Source of the DNA: Microcoleus sp.
GTDB lineage: Bacteria; Cyanobacteriota; Cyanobacteriia; Cyanobacteriales; Microcoleaceae
NCBI GenBank assembly: GCA_042408215.1
Contig: JAYFMW010000020.1
Span: 32,001 to 96,000 of the forward strand
Direction of reading: 5' to 3'
DNA: 64,000 nucleotides
This document shows positions 20,138 to 30,567 of the stretch, piece by piece. Position 1 is the first letter of the stretch, and every line of letters starts with the position of its first letter. The position numbers and the translations under genes were made by a program. The notes below the pieces were generated by a model. The model ran no database searches and was not told where the DNA came from. It saw only the letters and a list, made by a program, of their open reading frames with translations.

Positions 20138-21073
20138 TTAACTGTCTTGTTCGATTTGGGCAATTAACTCTTTCAAAACTTTACTAGCTTTGTCATGGTC
20201 AATCTGACAAGTTCCGGCATTCGGGTGTCCGCCACCACCATATTTTAACATTAACTGTCCAATATTTGTCTGAGAAGTTTTGTTGAAAATGGACTTGCCA
20301 ACTGCAAACACTGTGTTTTGTTTTTTCAGCCCCCAAAGTGCGTGAATTGAAATATTGCACTCAGGAAACAAAGCGTAAATTGCAAATCTATTTCCGGCAT
20401 AAATTGTATCTTCGTTTCGCAAATCCAAAACAACTAAATTATCATAAACCTTGGCGCAGCGCTGTATTTGCTGTTTAAACTGATCTTCTTGATCGAAGTA
20501 TAGATCCACTCTTTCTTTGACATCGGGAAGTTCCAAAATTTCTTCAATTGTGTGATTTTTGCAGTAATCAATTAACTCCATCATTAGCTGGTAATTGGAA
20601 ACTGTAAATTCCTTAAACCTTCCTAAGCCGGTTCTGGAGTCCATGATGAAGTTTAACAGTACCCAGTTTGTAGGATGCAAAATTTCTGCTTGGGAAAATT
20701 TGGCGGAGTCAGATTTGTCAACGGCTTCCATCATCGCGTCGGAAATTTGAGGAAACTTTTCTGGGCCGCCATAATATTTGTACAGTACCCTAGCTGCTGA
20801 AGGTGCATAGGGGTCGATGATGTGGTTTCTTTTGATTTTTGGATGTCTGAGAGTTTCGCTGAAATGGTGATCGAAAGCTAGATGAACTCCTTCAACATAG
20901 GGTAAATTAGTGCTAATATCGTTGTTGGTTATGGCTATTTTTCCGTCCTGCATATCTTTAGGATGCACGAATTTAATCTCGTCGATCAGGTCGAGTTCTT
21001 TCAAGAGAACGGCACAGACAAGACCGTCAAAATCGCTGCGGGTGACTAATCTGTATTTTTGAGTGGTTGACAT
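20138..21073 (-). CDS. DHH-family phosphoesterase (exopolyphosphatase-related/nanoRNase-like)
   Basis: RSDFDG, AFDHH and GGGH motifs; start uncertain (21073-21103). Confidence 0.85.
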   Translation of the reverse strand: MSTTQKYRLVTRSDFDGLVCAVLLKELDLIDEIKFVHPKDMQDGKIAITNNDISTNLPYVEGVHLAFDHHFSETLRHPKIKRNHIIDPYAPSAARVLYKYYGGPEKFPQISDAMMEAVDKSDSAKFSQAEILHPTNWVLLNFIMDSRTGLGRFKEFTVSNYQLMMELIDYCKNHTIEEILELPDVKERVDLYFDQEDQFKQQIQRCAKVYDNLVVLDLRNEDTIYAGNRFAIYALFPECNISIHALWGLKKQNTVFAVGKSIFNKTSQTNIGQLMLKYGGGGHPNAGTCQIDHDKASKVLKELIAQIEQDS

Positions 21074-21139
21074 ATGCTTCATCGCTGCGGAGGGACTGAA
21101 CAACAGCTAATATAACTTATTACCCGATCGCACTACAAT

Positions 21140-22309
21140 ATGAACGCTGACCCTTATGCTTGGATAGAGAAGTCTCTCGACACTGTTCGCCGCGCCGATT
21201 GGTATCGATCGCCACAGACGATCGAAAGTTGCCCAGGCCCTAGGGTAAAATTAGCAGGCGACTGGCTGATTAATTTTGCCAGCAACGATTATCTGGGACT
21301 AGCCGGCGATGACAGGTTAATTCAAGCGGCTATTTCTGCAACAAAAGAATTTGGTACGGGTGCGACTGGTTCGAGGTTGCTCAGCGGACACCGGGATTTG
21401 CACCGACAGCTAGAACTGGCTATCGCTAATTTAAAACAAACTGAGGATGCTTTAGTATTTAGTTCGGGATATTTGGCGAATTTAGGGGCGATCGCCTCGA
21501 TCGTCGGCAAGCGCGATTTGATATTATCTGACAAGTACAACCATTCCAGCCTGAAAAATGGAGCGGTACTCAGCGGAGCTAAGACTGTAGAATACGATCG
21601 CTGCAATCTTGAGGATTTGAGAACTCTGCTTGCTGAAAAGCGCGATCGACACCGCAAGTGTTTAATTGTTACCGATAGCGTTTTCAGTATGGATGGGGAT
21701 TTGTGCCCATTACCGCAGTTGTTAGCTTTGGCCAAACAATTTAACTGTATGGTGTTAGTAGACGAAGCTCACGCTACAGGAGTTTTCGGTGCTAGCGGTG
21801 CTGGTTGTATAGAACATTTCGGGTGTACCGGAGAAAAATTGATTCAAGTTGGCACACTCAGCAAAGCTTTGGGAAGTTTGGGCGGCTATGTTGCCGGTAC
21901 TTCTGCTTTAATTGATTTTCTCCGCAATCGAGCTCCGAGTTGGATTTATACTACGGGATTGACACCGGCGGATACAGCGGCTGCTTTGGAAGCTGTGAAA
22001 ATTGTACAACAAGAACCCGATCGACGACTGCGACTACACCAAAATATCAAAAATTTCAAAGATAACGCGATTAGCAATTACCAATTACCCGTTAGTAATT
22101 CTGATTCCCCAATTTTCAGTTTTCTCTTAAAAGATGCAGCCACAGCTTTAGCTGCTAGCAGCAAGCTGAAGGAGATGGGTATTTTTGCGCCGGCGATTCG
22201 GCCTCCGACTGTGAGTGTGAGTCGAATTCGGATTTCGCTGATGGCAACTCATGAGCTCGCACACCTTCAGCAGTTGGTAGAGGCTTTGAGGACGATCGCC
22301 CAAATGTAA
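21140..22309 (+). CDS. bioF: 8-amino-7-oxononanoate synthase
   Basis: [37 protein letters not shown]. Confidence 0.95.
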   Translation: MNADPYAWIEKSLDTVRRADWYRSPQTIESCPGPRVKLAGDWLINFASNDYLGLAGDDRLIQAAISATKEFGTGATGSRLLSGHRDLHRQLELAIANLKQTEDALVFSSGYLANLGAIASIVGKRDLILSDKYNHSSLKNGAVLSGAKTVEYDRCNLEDLRTLLAEKRDRHRKCLIVTDSVFSMDGDLCPLPQLLALAKQFNCMVLVDEAHATGVFGASGAGCIEHFGCTGEKLIQVGTLSKALGSLGGYVAGTSALIDFLRNRAPSWIYTTGLTPADTAAALEAVKIVQQEPDRRLRLHQNIKNFKDNAISNYQLPVSNSDSPIFSFLLKDAATALAASSKLKEMGIFAPAIRPPTVSVSRIRISLMATHELAHLQQLVEALRTIAQM

Positions 22310-22354
22310 GACTATTTCTCAAAAGTTGCCGATCCGGGTAGGGACAAGGCATAG

Positions 22355-22549
22355 CCCATAGGTGTCAACAAACACATCAAACGTAGTACCAGCCTATTGT
22401 CTTCCTTCTACAGTCTTCCCGATCCCCCCTAACCCCCCTTAAGAAGGGGGGGACAGGAGTCCGATCAAAGTCCCCCTTCTTAAGGGGGATTTAGGGGGAT
22501 CGAGACTAGGTTACAAGCGAGATATACAGAGGGTTTTAGTCTTAATGGG
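22355..22549. mobile_element. Degenerate copy of the CCCAT..GTGTCAAC MITE
   Basis: Left TIR partial, right TIR internally deleted, core conserved. Confidence 0.7.
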
Positions 22550-22629
22550 AATTGTCAAGATTTCGCGATTGACTTATGCGGGAGATAATACACTATTTTG
22601 GTCGATCGGTCAATATTTGTAAAATTTTT

Positions 22630-22643
22630 GTAAATTTAGATAC
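22630..22643. promoter_or_regulatory. NtcA-binding site GTA-N8-TAC upstream of pirA
   Basis: GTAAATTTAGATAC, 17 nt before a TATATT -10-like box (22661-22666), i.e. over the -35 region. Confidence 0.65.
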
Positions 22644-22711
22644 TTTTTGAAATTTCGCGCTATATTAGAGAAGTAGCAAATACACCAAATTTAATATAAG
22701 GAACGTCCATC

Positions 22712-22861
22712 ATGAACACAAATCGTCAAAATGTAAGAAAAATAGCTGAAACCCACCGCGCTAATATTCAGAAGCAACTGATGCACCGCATCGAAGTAGC
22801 TAGAGCCAGTGGCAACCAAGATTTGGTCCGGGTACTTGAAGAAGAAATGAGACAGTTGTAA
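22712..22861 (+). CDS. pirA: PII-interacting regulator of arginine synthesis (Ssr0692-like), 49 aa, not in the ORF track
   Basis: MNTNRQNVRKIAETHRANIQKQLMHRIEVARASGNQDLVRVLEEEMRQL; AAGGA RBS; NtcA box; family recognised from memory. Confidence 0.8.
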   Translation: MNTNRQNVRKIAETHRANIQKQLMHRIEVARASGNQDLVRVLEEEMRQL

Positions 22862-22983
22862 ACAAGCGAGAACTGAAATTTTTCTGTCTAGAATTTGTCT
22901 GTGAATTTGAGATGATTGCGTGAGAAAAGCAGAATTCCCGCAATCAATGCCTGTTAAGTTTTCACTCCTCTCTTAGTCGGTAG

Positions 22984-23020
22984 AAAAAGTCCCGGTTTCT
23001 TGAAGAAATCGGGGCTTTTT
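22984..23020. terminator. Hairpin with A/T tails, likely bidirectional terminator
   Basis: AAAAAGTCCCGGTTTCT-TGA-AGAAATCGGGGCTTTTT between convergent pirA and tldD. Confidence 0.55.
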
Positions 23021-23137
23021 GTTGAGCCTGGTCGGACAAGGCAATGCCGTTTCCCTACCCCAAAATAAAATCAATCTTCCTCCTTCGGATGTAACCATCG
23101 CCCGATTAATTGTAGCCAGGTCGGACACTCAAGCGTG

Positions 23138-23361
23138 CCCATAGGTGTCAACTTAAGGTCAAACCCAGTCATAGACTGTTGTTTGACTATTAAATCTAGA
23201 TCCCCCCTCACTTGCCCCCTACTCCCCCTTAAGAAGGGGGGGACAGGAGTCTTTTCTTTCGTCACCCCCTACTCCCCTTCTTAAGGGGGATTTAGGGGGA
23301 TCTAGACTTAGGTAAAAGCGAGATATACCAAGGGTTTCAGGCTTAAGTTGACACTAATGGG
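23138..23361. mobile_element. CCCAT..GTGTCAACTTAAG MITE inside the middle unit of a REP array
   Basis: TIRs visible; flanked by identical ~60-bp direct repeats. Confidence 0.8.
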
Positions 23362-23513
23362 CACCCGAAAAGTGTCCCTACCCCAAAATAAAATCAATCT
23401 TCCTCCTTCGGATGTAACCATCGCCCGATTAATTGTAGGGAAACGGCACTGCCGTGTCCTGATTTCGGGTAAGATCAATTCCGATGCCACCGGATTTGAT
23501 AGAAGGCCTTTAA

Positions 23514-24881
23514 TTACCTGCCGCCGACGACGACATTTTTAATCCGCAAATGGGGGCCGCCGACACTTACCGGCAAGCCGCCTTGACCGGCTTTGCCGCA
23601 GCCGCCGCAGGTATAAACTGAATCATTTCCGATCGCCTCAATATCCTTTAGCGTCTGAAATACGTTGCCGCTTAAGGTGACATCGCTGACAGGTTCAGCT
23701 AATTTGCCGTCGCGAATCATGTAACCTTGAGCCGCCGCAAAGGTAAACATTTCGCCGTTGGTTTGTCCTCCTAACATCCGCACTGCATAGACTCCTTCTT
23801 CGATGTCGGCGAGCATTTCGTCAAAAGAATCTGATCCAGATTCGATCGCAGTATTAGTCATCCGCACAATCGGCATAAAAGTAGCACTCAAAGCCCGGGC
23901 ATTTCCCGTCGGAGATTCACCCATTTTACCCGCAGTCTCGCGATTGTGCATTCGTTGGGTTAAAACGCCATTTTTAATTAAATGCTTGCACTGGGCGGGT
24001 ACGCCTTCGTCATCGTATTTCAATGTTCCCGGTAATCCCGGCAAAGTCGCATCGTCAATTACATTCAATTGTGCGATCGCCACTGGTTTTCCCAAAGTCA
24101 ACAATTCCTGCATTTTTGGGTTTTCGTAAATGCCGTCTGCTTCCGACAAATGACCGAAAGCTTCGTGAATAAATACCCCTGACAAATAAGGGTCTAAAAT
24201 CACCGGATACTGACCGCCTTTAACCGATTTTGCATCGAGTTGGCTGACAGCTCGAACGGCGGCACTTTTAACTTGGTCTTCAAGATTTGTCAAGACATCG
24301 TAGTCCGATCGCGAATGAATTGACTCAAACCCTTGCCGGACAATGCCGCCGTCACCGCGAGCGATCGCCCCAAAACGCCCGGTGACATCCAACCGCTCTT
24401 GAGCGATGCAAGTTCCTTGAGAATTCACAAAATAAGTAATGCCGAACTTGTCGCTATAACCAGCCATTGTAGTCTGAATTCGCGGGTCATAATCTAATAG
24501 CAATTGGTTGTAAGATTCCAGCAACTTTCGTTTTTCTGCTAGGGTAACTTCCCGTGGATCGCGGCCCAATTCCACCGCTACATAATCTTGAACCGGGGCG
24601 ACATCTGCTAGTAGAGTCTTTTCGCTACCTACTAAGCGAGACTGAACCACAGCTTCTTCGATGCGGTCTTTTAATTCAGCCAAACCGTTAAAAGTAACAA
24701 AACTCCAGCCACCTTTGTGACAAGCGCGGATGCCGCCGGCTAGACTAAAACTGCGGTTGACAGCATCTAACTGGGGGCCGCGAAAACTAATAGCTGTTGA
24801 CTCGCTTTGTTCGAGGCGAACTTCTAGATAATCTACCCGATCGCGGTAAGGTGCGATCGCTTCCATCAACTGTTCCTGCAT
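23514..24881 (-). CDS. tldD: TldD-family metalloprotease
   Basis: HEAFGHLSEAD, YDDEG, RMTNT and CGKAGQ motifs. Confidence 0.88.
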   Translation of the reverse strand: MQEQLMEAIAPYRDRVDYLEVRLEQSESTAISFRGPQLDAVNRSFSLAGGIRACHKGGWSFVTFNGLAELKDRIEEAVVQSRLVGSEKTLLADVAPVQDYVAVELGRDPREVTLAEKRKLLESYNQLLLDYDPRIQTTMAGYSDKFGITYFVNSQGTCIAQERLDVTGRFGAIARGDGGIVRQGFESIHSRSDYDVLTNLEDQVKSAAVRAVSQLDAKSVKGGQYPVILDPYLSGVFIHEAFGHLSEADGIYENPKMQELLTLGKPVAIAQLNVIDDATLPGLPGTLKYDDEGVPAQCKHLIKNGVLTQRMHNRETAGKMGESPTGNARALSATFMPIVRMTNTAIESGSDSFDEMLADIEEGVYAVRMLGGQTNGEMFTFAAAQGYMIRDGKLAEPVSDVTLSGNVFQTLKDIEAIGNDSVYTCGGCGKAGQGGLPVSVGGPHLRIKNVVVGGR

Positions 24882-24924
24882 CTATTTACCCCTATAGTGA
24901 TTCGCCGTAGCGCTGAATATAATA

Positions 24925-25028
24925 TAGTCCTGGACGCAAAAAACCCGGTTTCTCCGAAAAATCGTGCATTTTTTCGAGAGATATTGACGCAGAAACCGGG
25001 TTTTTGACCCCGCGTGCATAAGTCCTAT
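24925..25028. repeat. Dispersed repeat with AAACCCGGTTTCT/AGAAACCGGGTTT core and TAAGTCCTA end
   Basis: Near copy at 43905-44015; related ends at 6805 and 38010. Confidence 0.65.
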
Positions 25029-25228
25029 AATAATTCCTAACTTTAGTTTAATCTTTTTGCTAAATCTGCCAAAAGTCGATCGCCCATTCTGGCAGATATT
25101 CCGGGACTCCCCAAATTTGGGGCTGCTTAACTTTTTGGCAATTATGTATGAATCTATACCAGAACTCTTGCAGTTAACTACGGATGTCGGACTAAAATCT
25201 ATCTATCTTAAGTAGGGACACGGCAATG

Positions 25229-25440
25229 CCCATTAGTGTCAAATTAAGGCTGAAACCCTTGATAAATCTGGGTTTTACGCCAAGTCTAGATCCCCCTAAA
25301 TCCCCCTTAAGAAGGGGAGTAGGGGTTGACTTTGATCGGAATCTTGTCCCCCCCTTCTTAAGGGGGGCTAGGGGGGATCTGGCCTTAATAGTCAAACAGC
25401 AGTCTCTGACTGGGTTTAACGTTAAGTTGACACCTATGGG
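25229..25440. mobile_element. CCCAT..GTGTCAA MITE inside a REP-like palindrome
   Basis: TIRs; flanks GTAGGGACACGGCAATG and CACGCTTGAGTGTCCCTAG. Confidence 0.8.
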
Positions 25441-25493
25441 CACGCTTGAGTGTCCCTAGGGGGATCTTAAATTAGAGACAAATACACTACCTG

Positions 25494-28400
25494 ATGAAAA
25501 AATTCCAAATTTCACCGTACTTAGCCGCAATTTCCGCAGCAGTAGCAATTTTGACTGGTGTCTGCCTTTTAGATCGATCGCAACAGCAGCGGTTTTGGGA
25601 GTACAACCGCGCTAGCACCCTCAATCAACTCAGCACAGTCCGTTCCAAGCTCGAAGGCTCTTTGAATTCGCGACTGTTTCTGATGCGGGGTTTGGTGGCT
25701 TCTATCTCAAATAACCCAAATATCAGCGCAGCGGAATTTGCAGCTACGGCGAGAATTCTGCTGGCCAACCAAACAGGCATTCGCAGTATAGCTTTAGTTA
25801 AAGGCACGAGCATCGCTTATATTTATCCGCTTGTAGGAAATGAATCGGCGATCGGGGCTGACTTGACTAAAATACCTCAGCAACGACAAATGGTCGCAGA
25901 GGCGATCGAGACTAGAAAAACTGTACTTGCTGGGCCGATGAAATTAATCGAGGGGAACATAGGGTTTATCAGTCGATCGCCCATTTTTCTCACACCCCCC
26001 GGCGCAGATCCCGAAACAGGGGTTTTTTGGGGCTTAACAAGCCTTGTCATCGACCAAGATACCATCCTCCAGGAGGCCCGGATCAAAGACCCCTCAGCGA
26101 AGCTGCAATACGCTCTGCGAGGCAAAAACGGCAAGGGTGCGTCCGGGGAAGTGTTTTGCGGCGACGGGGCAGTTTTCCAGCAAGCACCCGTACTGCTGGA
26201 AGTGATTTTGCCCAGCGGTTCCTGGCAGTTGGCAGCAATTCCCCTGGGGGGATGGCCATATAATTCGCCGTTTCGGGGGCTTTTGCTGGGTGGTGGTGGC
26301 TTGCTGGCACTTTTGAGCGGGGTGGTGGCGTTTAACTGGGTGTACGGTTCTAGAAAGTTGCGGGAAAGCGAAGCTAAGTATCGGCAATTGGTTGAGAATG
26401 CTAACAGCATCATTGTGCAGTTAGACAGTGAAGGAAATATTGCTTTTTTTAACGAGTTTGCTGAATCTTTTTTGGGGTATTCAGAAGCCGAAATAATTGG
26501 CAAAAGTGCGATCGGCACACTTTTTACGTCGGCAGATATGTCGGAAAATGACTTAGTAAGAATGATTCAAGACTGTTTGGAAATCCCGGAACACTATTTC
26601 AAACATGAAAATGAAAACATCCGTAGCAATGGGGAAAAAGTGTGGGTAGATTGGAAAAATCAACCTTTGCTGGATGCGAAAGGACGCTTGACGGGGGTGC
26701 TGTGTATTGGAACGGATATTAGCGATCGCAAATTTGCCGAAATAGCCCTGCAAGATTCTGAAGCAGAATTGCGGGCCTTGTTTGCCGCCATGAACGACGT
26801 AATTTTTGCGATCGATCGGGAGGGACGCTACCTGAAAATTGCGCCGACAAATCCCGATCTTTTGTACAAACCGCCGGCAGAAGTTATCGGCAAAACTATG
26901 CAGGATATCCTGCCCCCAGAAACCGCGGATTTTTTCCTGAGTCAAATTCAACTTGCTCTCGATACAAAGCAGATGCTTTCACTAGAATATAGCCTGCAAA
27001 TTGGCAACAGAGAAAGTTGGTTTGCTGCTAGCCTTTCACCAATGCAGTCAAACACTATTCTTTGCGTAGCCCGCGATATTACGGAGAGCAAGCAAGCTGA
27101 AAGTTGGTTGGATGGTCAAAAACAAATATTAGAAATGATTGCTAAGAGTGTTCCTCTGGGCGATACTTTAAATGCCTTAGTTAAAATGATCGAGCAGCCA
27201 TCTAGAGATATGATGGGTTCGATTTTACTTTTAGATAAAGAAGGCAAACACCTGATGCACGGAGCTGCGCCCAGTTTACCTGAGAGTTACAATGCTGTTA
27301 TTCATGGTACTGCGATCGGTCCTAATGTTGGTTCCTGCGGCACTGCTGTCTACCGTCGCGAACAGGTGATCGTTACAGATATTGCCAGCGATCCTTTGTG
27401 GGCAAATTATCGAGATATAGCTATAAAATTTGGACTAAGAGCTTGTTGGTCTACTCCTATTTTCTCATCTCAGGGTCAAGTCTTGGGAACTTTTGCGATG
27501 TATTATTCTGAGCCACACACTCCCCTAGATTTTGAGTGGCAATTAATCGAAGCGGTAAGTAATTTAGCCGGAATTGCGATCGAGCGCAAACAAGCAGAAG
27601 AAAGTCTTAAACAATTGAATGAAGACTTAGAAAATAGAGTGTTCGAGCGGACATCGGAATTGAGCAAAGCTTTTAACCAGTTGCAAACAGAAATTGCCGA
27701 ACGCCAGGAAGCAGAGCAAGAATTAATAGCCAGCGATCGCAAATTTCAAAAGCTTTCGGCTAATTTGCCTGGGGTGATTTATCAAAGTTTATTGAGTCCA
27801 GATGGCTCTGTTAGTTTCCCTTACATGAGTCCGGCTTGCCGAGAAATCTTTGAATTAGAACCAGAAGCAGTTCAGCAAAATTCTGATTTGTTAATAGATT
27901 TGGTTCATCCCGAACACCGCCAAAAATATCACGAATCCCTTGCTATTTCTGCCCAAACTCTGCAACCTTGGCAGTGGGAAGGACGGCTAATTCTTCCCTC
28001 GACCAAAATTAGATGGTTTCAGGTGATTTCCCGTCCAGAAGCTAAGGAAAACGGCGATATTCTTTGGGACGGTATCACCATTGATATTACCGATCGCAAA
28101 CAAGCTGAGTTAGCTTTGCAAGAGAGTCAGCAGTTTATTCAAAAAATCGCCGATGCTACTCCCGGTATTTTGTATCTCTACGACTTGGAAGAACAGCGAA
28201 ATGTCTACGCTAATGCTTCGATGGGTACACTTTTGGGCTATACATTTGACGAAATTGAAGCGATGGGTGCGTCGCTTATGCCTCAGTTAATCCACCCGGA
28301 AGATTTGACTAAAGTTGCAGAACATCATGCTAGCTTTGCAGGAATTCAAGATGGGGAAGTTTGGGAAATTGAGTATCGGATGCTGGCGGCGAATGGTCAA

Positions 28401-29441
28401 TGGTTTTGGCTGCAAAGTCGGGATACTATTTTTAGCAGGAATTCAGAGGGACGGTGCAAGGTGATCGTTGGATTTTCTCAGGATATTACGACTCGCAAAG
28501 CAGCAGAGGAAGCACTCATAAAAAGTGAGGTGCGAGAAAGAGAAAGATCTCAACAACTCGAAGAAGCGCTGCGGTCATTGCGCTCTACTCAAACTCAGCT
28601 AGTTCAAAATGAAAAAATGTCTTCCCTGGGGCAACTGGTGGCCGGTATCGCTCACGAAATCAACAATCCTGTTAACTTTATTCACGGTAATATCACTTAT
28701 CTCAATCAGTATACCAAACAGTTGCTAGACTTGGTAATTCTTTACGAACAGGAGTATCCCGAACCTAATTCAAAAATTCTCGATCGCAGAGAAGAAATAG
28801 ATTTAGATTTCTTAGCTGAAGACTTAACAAAAATTATGGGTTCGATGCAGGTGGGAACCGAGCGGATCAGGCAGATTGTTTTGTCTCTGCGTAATTTTTC
28901 GCGGCTGGACGAATCGGAAATGAAGCCGGTCGATCTTCATGGAGGTATTGAGAGCACTTTGTTGATTTTGCAGCACCGTTTGAAGGCTCAGGATTCATGG
29001 CCTGCAATTCAAGTAGTTAAGGACTTCGGCAACTTGCCGCTGGTGGAGTGCTACGCGAGCCAACTTAATCAGGTGTTTATGAATATTATTGTGAATGGAA
29101 TTGATGCGATCGAGGAACGATATCACAAGTTATCTGTTGCGGAAGCTGAGGCCAATCCTGGCCGGATTTCTATTTGCACTATGATGACGACTCAGAAAAC
29201 GGTGATGGTGGAATTTTCCGACAATGGTACGGGCATCCCGGATGAGGCGATAAATCAGATTTTTAATCCGTTTTTTACCACGAAAGCAGTGGGGAAAGGT
29301 ACGGGGTTGGGAATGTCTATTTCCCACTCGATAGTTGTGGAAAAACACAGGGGAAAAATAGAGTGTATTTCGTCCAGAGGACAAGGAACAACTTTTCAGA
29401 TTCAGATTCCGATGGGCCAACTCGATCGCTCAAATAAGTAG
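25494..29441 (+). CDS. Membrane sensor histidine kinase: CHASE - PAS - PAS - GAF - PAS - PAS - HisKA - HATPase
   Basis: CHASE-like region between two TM helices; DISDRK/DITDRK PAS ends; GSCGTA GAF; AHEINNP; GKGTGLG. Confidence 0.9.
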   Translation: MKKFQISPYLAAISAAVAILTGVCLLDRSQQQRFWEYNRASTLNQLSTVRSKLEGSLNSRLFLMRGLVASISNNPNISAAEFAATARILLANQTGIRSIALVKGTSIAYIYPLVGNESAIGADLTKIPQQRQMVAEAIETRKTVLAGPMKLIEGNIGFISRSPIFLTPPGADPETGVFWGLTSLVIDQDTILQEARIKDPSAKLQYALRGKNGKGASGEVFCGDGAVFQQAPVLLEVILPSGSWQLAAIPLGGWPYNSPFRGLLLGGGGLLALLSGVVAFNWVYGSRKLRESEAKYRQLVENANSIIVQLDSEGNIAFFNEFAESFLGYSEAEIIGKSAIGTLFTSADMSENDLVRMIQDCLEIPEHYFKHENENIRSNGEKVWVDWKNQPLLDAKGRLTGVLCIGTDISDRKFAEIALQDSEAELRALFAAMNDVIFAIDREGRYLKIAPTNPDLLYKPPAEVIGKTMQDILPPETADFFLSQIQLALDTKQMLSLEYSLQIGNRESWFAASLSPMQSNTILCVARDITESKQAESWLDGQKQILEMIAKSVPLGDTLNALVKMIEQPSRDMMGSILLLDKEGKHLMHGAAPSLPESYNAVIHGTAIGPNVGSCGTAVYRREQVIVTDIASDPLWANYRDIAIKFGLRACWSTPIFSSQGQVLGTFAMYYSEPHTPLDFEWQLIEAVSNLAGIAIERKQAEESLKQLNEDLENRVFERTSELSKAFNQLQTEIAERQEAEQELIASDRKFQKLSANLPGVIYQSLLSPDGSVSFPYMSPACREIFELEPEAVQQNSDLLIDLVHPEHRQKYHESLAISAQTLQPWQWEGRLILPSTKIRWFQVISRPEAKENGDILWDGITIDITDRKQAELALQESQQFIQKIADATPGILYLYDLEEQRNVYANASMGTLLGYTFDEIEAMGASLMPQLIHPEDLTKVAEHHASFAGIQDGEVWEIEYRMLAANGQWFWLQSRDTIFSRNSEGRCKVIVGFSQDITTRKAAEEALIKSEVRERERSQQLEEALRSLRSTQTQLVQNEKMSSLGQLVAGIAHEINNPVNFIHGNITYLNQYTKQLLDLVILYEQEYPEPNSKILDRREEIDLDFLAEDLTKIMGSMQVGTERIRQIVLSLRNFSRLDESEMKPVDLHGGIESTLLILQHRLKAQDSWPAIQVVKDFGNLPLVECYASQLNQVFMNIIVNGIDAIEERYHKLSVAEAEANPGRISICTMMTTQKTVMVEFSDNGTGIPDEAINQIFNPFFTTKAVGKGTGLGMSISHSIVVEKHRGKIECISSRGQGTTFQIQIPMGQLDRSNK

Positions 29442-29584
29442 TAGGGTGCGTCAGCGGAGATGATTTTCTCTACGCATTGATTGGCTACCAACTGACGCAC
29501 CTTACAAGTTAGTGACTAAAATAGATCCAAGCTGCTTGGGAAGCAGTGCTGAATAAAACCTTTAATTGTATAAAATTAAAACTC

Positions 29585-30439
29585 ATGGCTTTAATCATCG
29601 AAGCGTTGCACGCAATGGGACACAATGTCCGCTGGATGTCTTGGAATTTGTTTTTAGGTTTAGTACCGCTGGCGCTGAGTTTTTGGCTGTTTCGCAAACC
29701 CCGATCGCGCTGGCTGATCTGGGGGACGGGTTTTCTCCTGGGAGCTACTTTTTTGCCCAGTATGAGGCTGTTTTTCTTCTATCTGAAGCACGTTGTGCAA
29801 GATTTGGGTAAAACTTACGTTTTGGGGGCGATCGCCATTACACTCGCATTGATGGCTGTAGATATCTGGGTATTGCGGCAGCGCGGAGTTCGTTCTCTCC
29901 GCTGGTGGGGTGGTTTTTTCTGGTTTATCGCCTTTTTGCCAAACGCACCCTACGTTTTAACTGATATCATTCACCTGATTCGCCAAATTCAGGAGGGAAA
30001 ATCGGTGTGGGTGGTGACTCTAGCTTTGATTCCCCAATATCTTGTGTTTATGCTAGCAGGGCTTGAGGCTTACGTGCTGTCGGTGATGAATTTGGGTTAC
30101 TATTTAAGACAACAAGGTTGGGGTAAATTTATCCTGATAGCAGAGTTAACCATACACGCACTTTCGGCCCTCGGCATTTATTTAGGGCGATTTATCCGCT
30201 TCAACACTTGGGACATCCTGACTAACCCCGATGCCTTAGTTAACACCGTCATGAACGAATTGATTGGGAAACGTCCGGTTTTAGTGATGGTTGTAACTTT
30301 TGTAGTAATTGCCAGTTTATATTGGCTAATGAAGCAAGTCAGCTTGGGGATTAGCCAGCGATTTTACAGCAGCCCATCGCAGTCGGAGTTATCTGGGGAT
30401 AGCGCAACTTCTTCCGGGCCAATCGATTTTAGATTTTAG
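29585..30439 (+). CDS. DUF1361-family membrane protein
   Basis: WNLFLG, FLPNAPYVLTDIIH, GIYLGRFIRFNTWD. Confidence 0.85.
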   Translation: MALIIEALHAMGHNVRWMSWNLFLGLVPLALSFWLFRKPRSRWLIWGTGFLLGATFLPSMRLFFFYLKHVVQDLGKTYVLGAIAITLALMAVDIWVLRQRGVRSLRWWGGFFWFIAFLPNAPYVLTDIIHLIRQIQEGKSVWVVTLALIPQYLVFMLAGLEAYVLSVMNLGYYLRQQGWGKFILIAELTIHALSALGIYLGRFIRFNTWDILTNPDALVNTVMNELIGKRPVLVMVVTFVVIASLYWLMKQVSLGISQRFYSSPSQSELSGDSATSSGPIDFRF

Positions 30440-30567
30440 ATTTTAGATTTTAGATTTTAGAGGCAATCCCAGGGATGAATCCGGTAGCCCCGGACTAAAT
30501 TACTGCGGGAGTCGATCGCAAAACTTGATATGCTATAACTGCCGAAGTAGTTTTGTAAACAGCAAAA

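Noticed and set aside
23030..23462. CRISPR mini-array
   Set aside because: Spacers are identical, repeats are REP palindromes found dispersed elsewhere, and there are no cas genes.
5379..24881. TldD/PmbA plus S8 protease as a RiPP cluster
   Set aside because: Genes are far apart with housekeeping genes between them; no precursor peptide or modifying enzymes seen.
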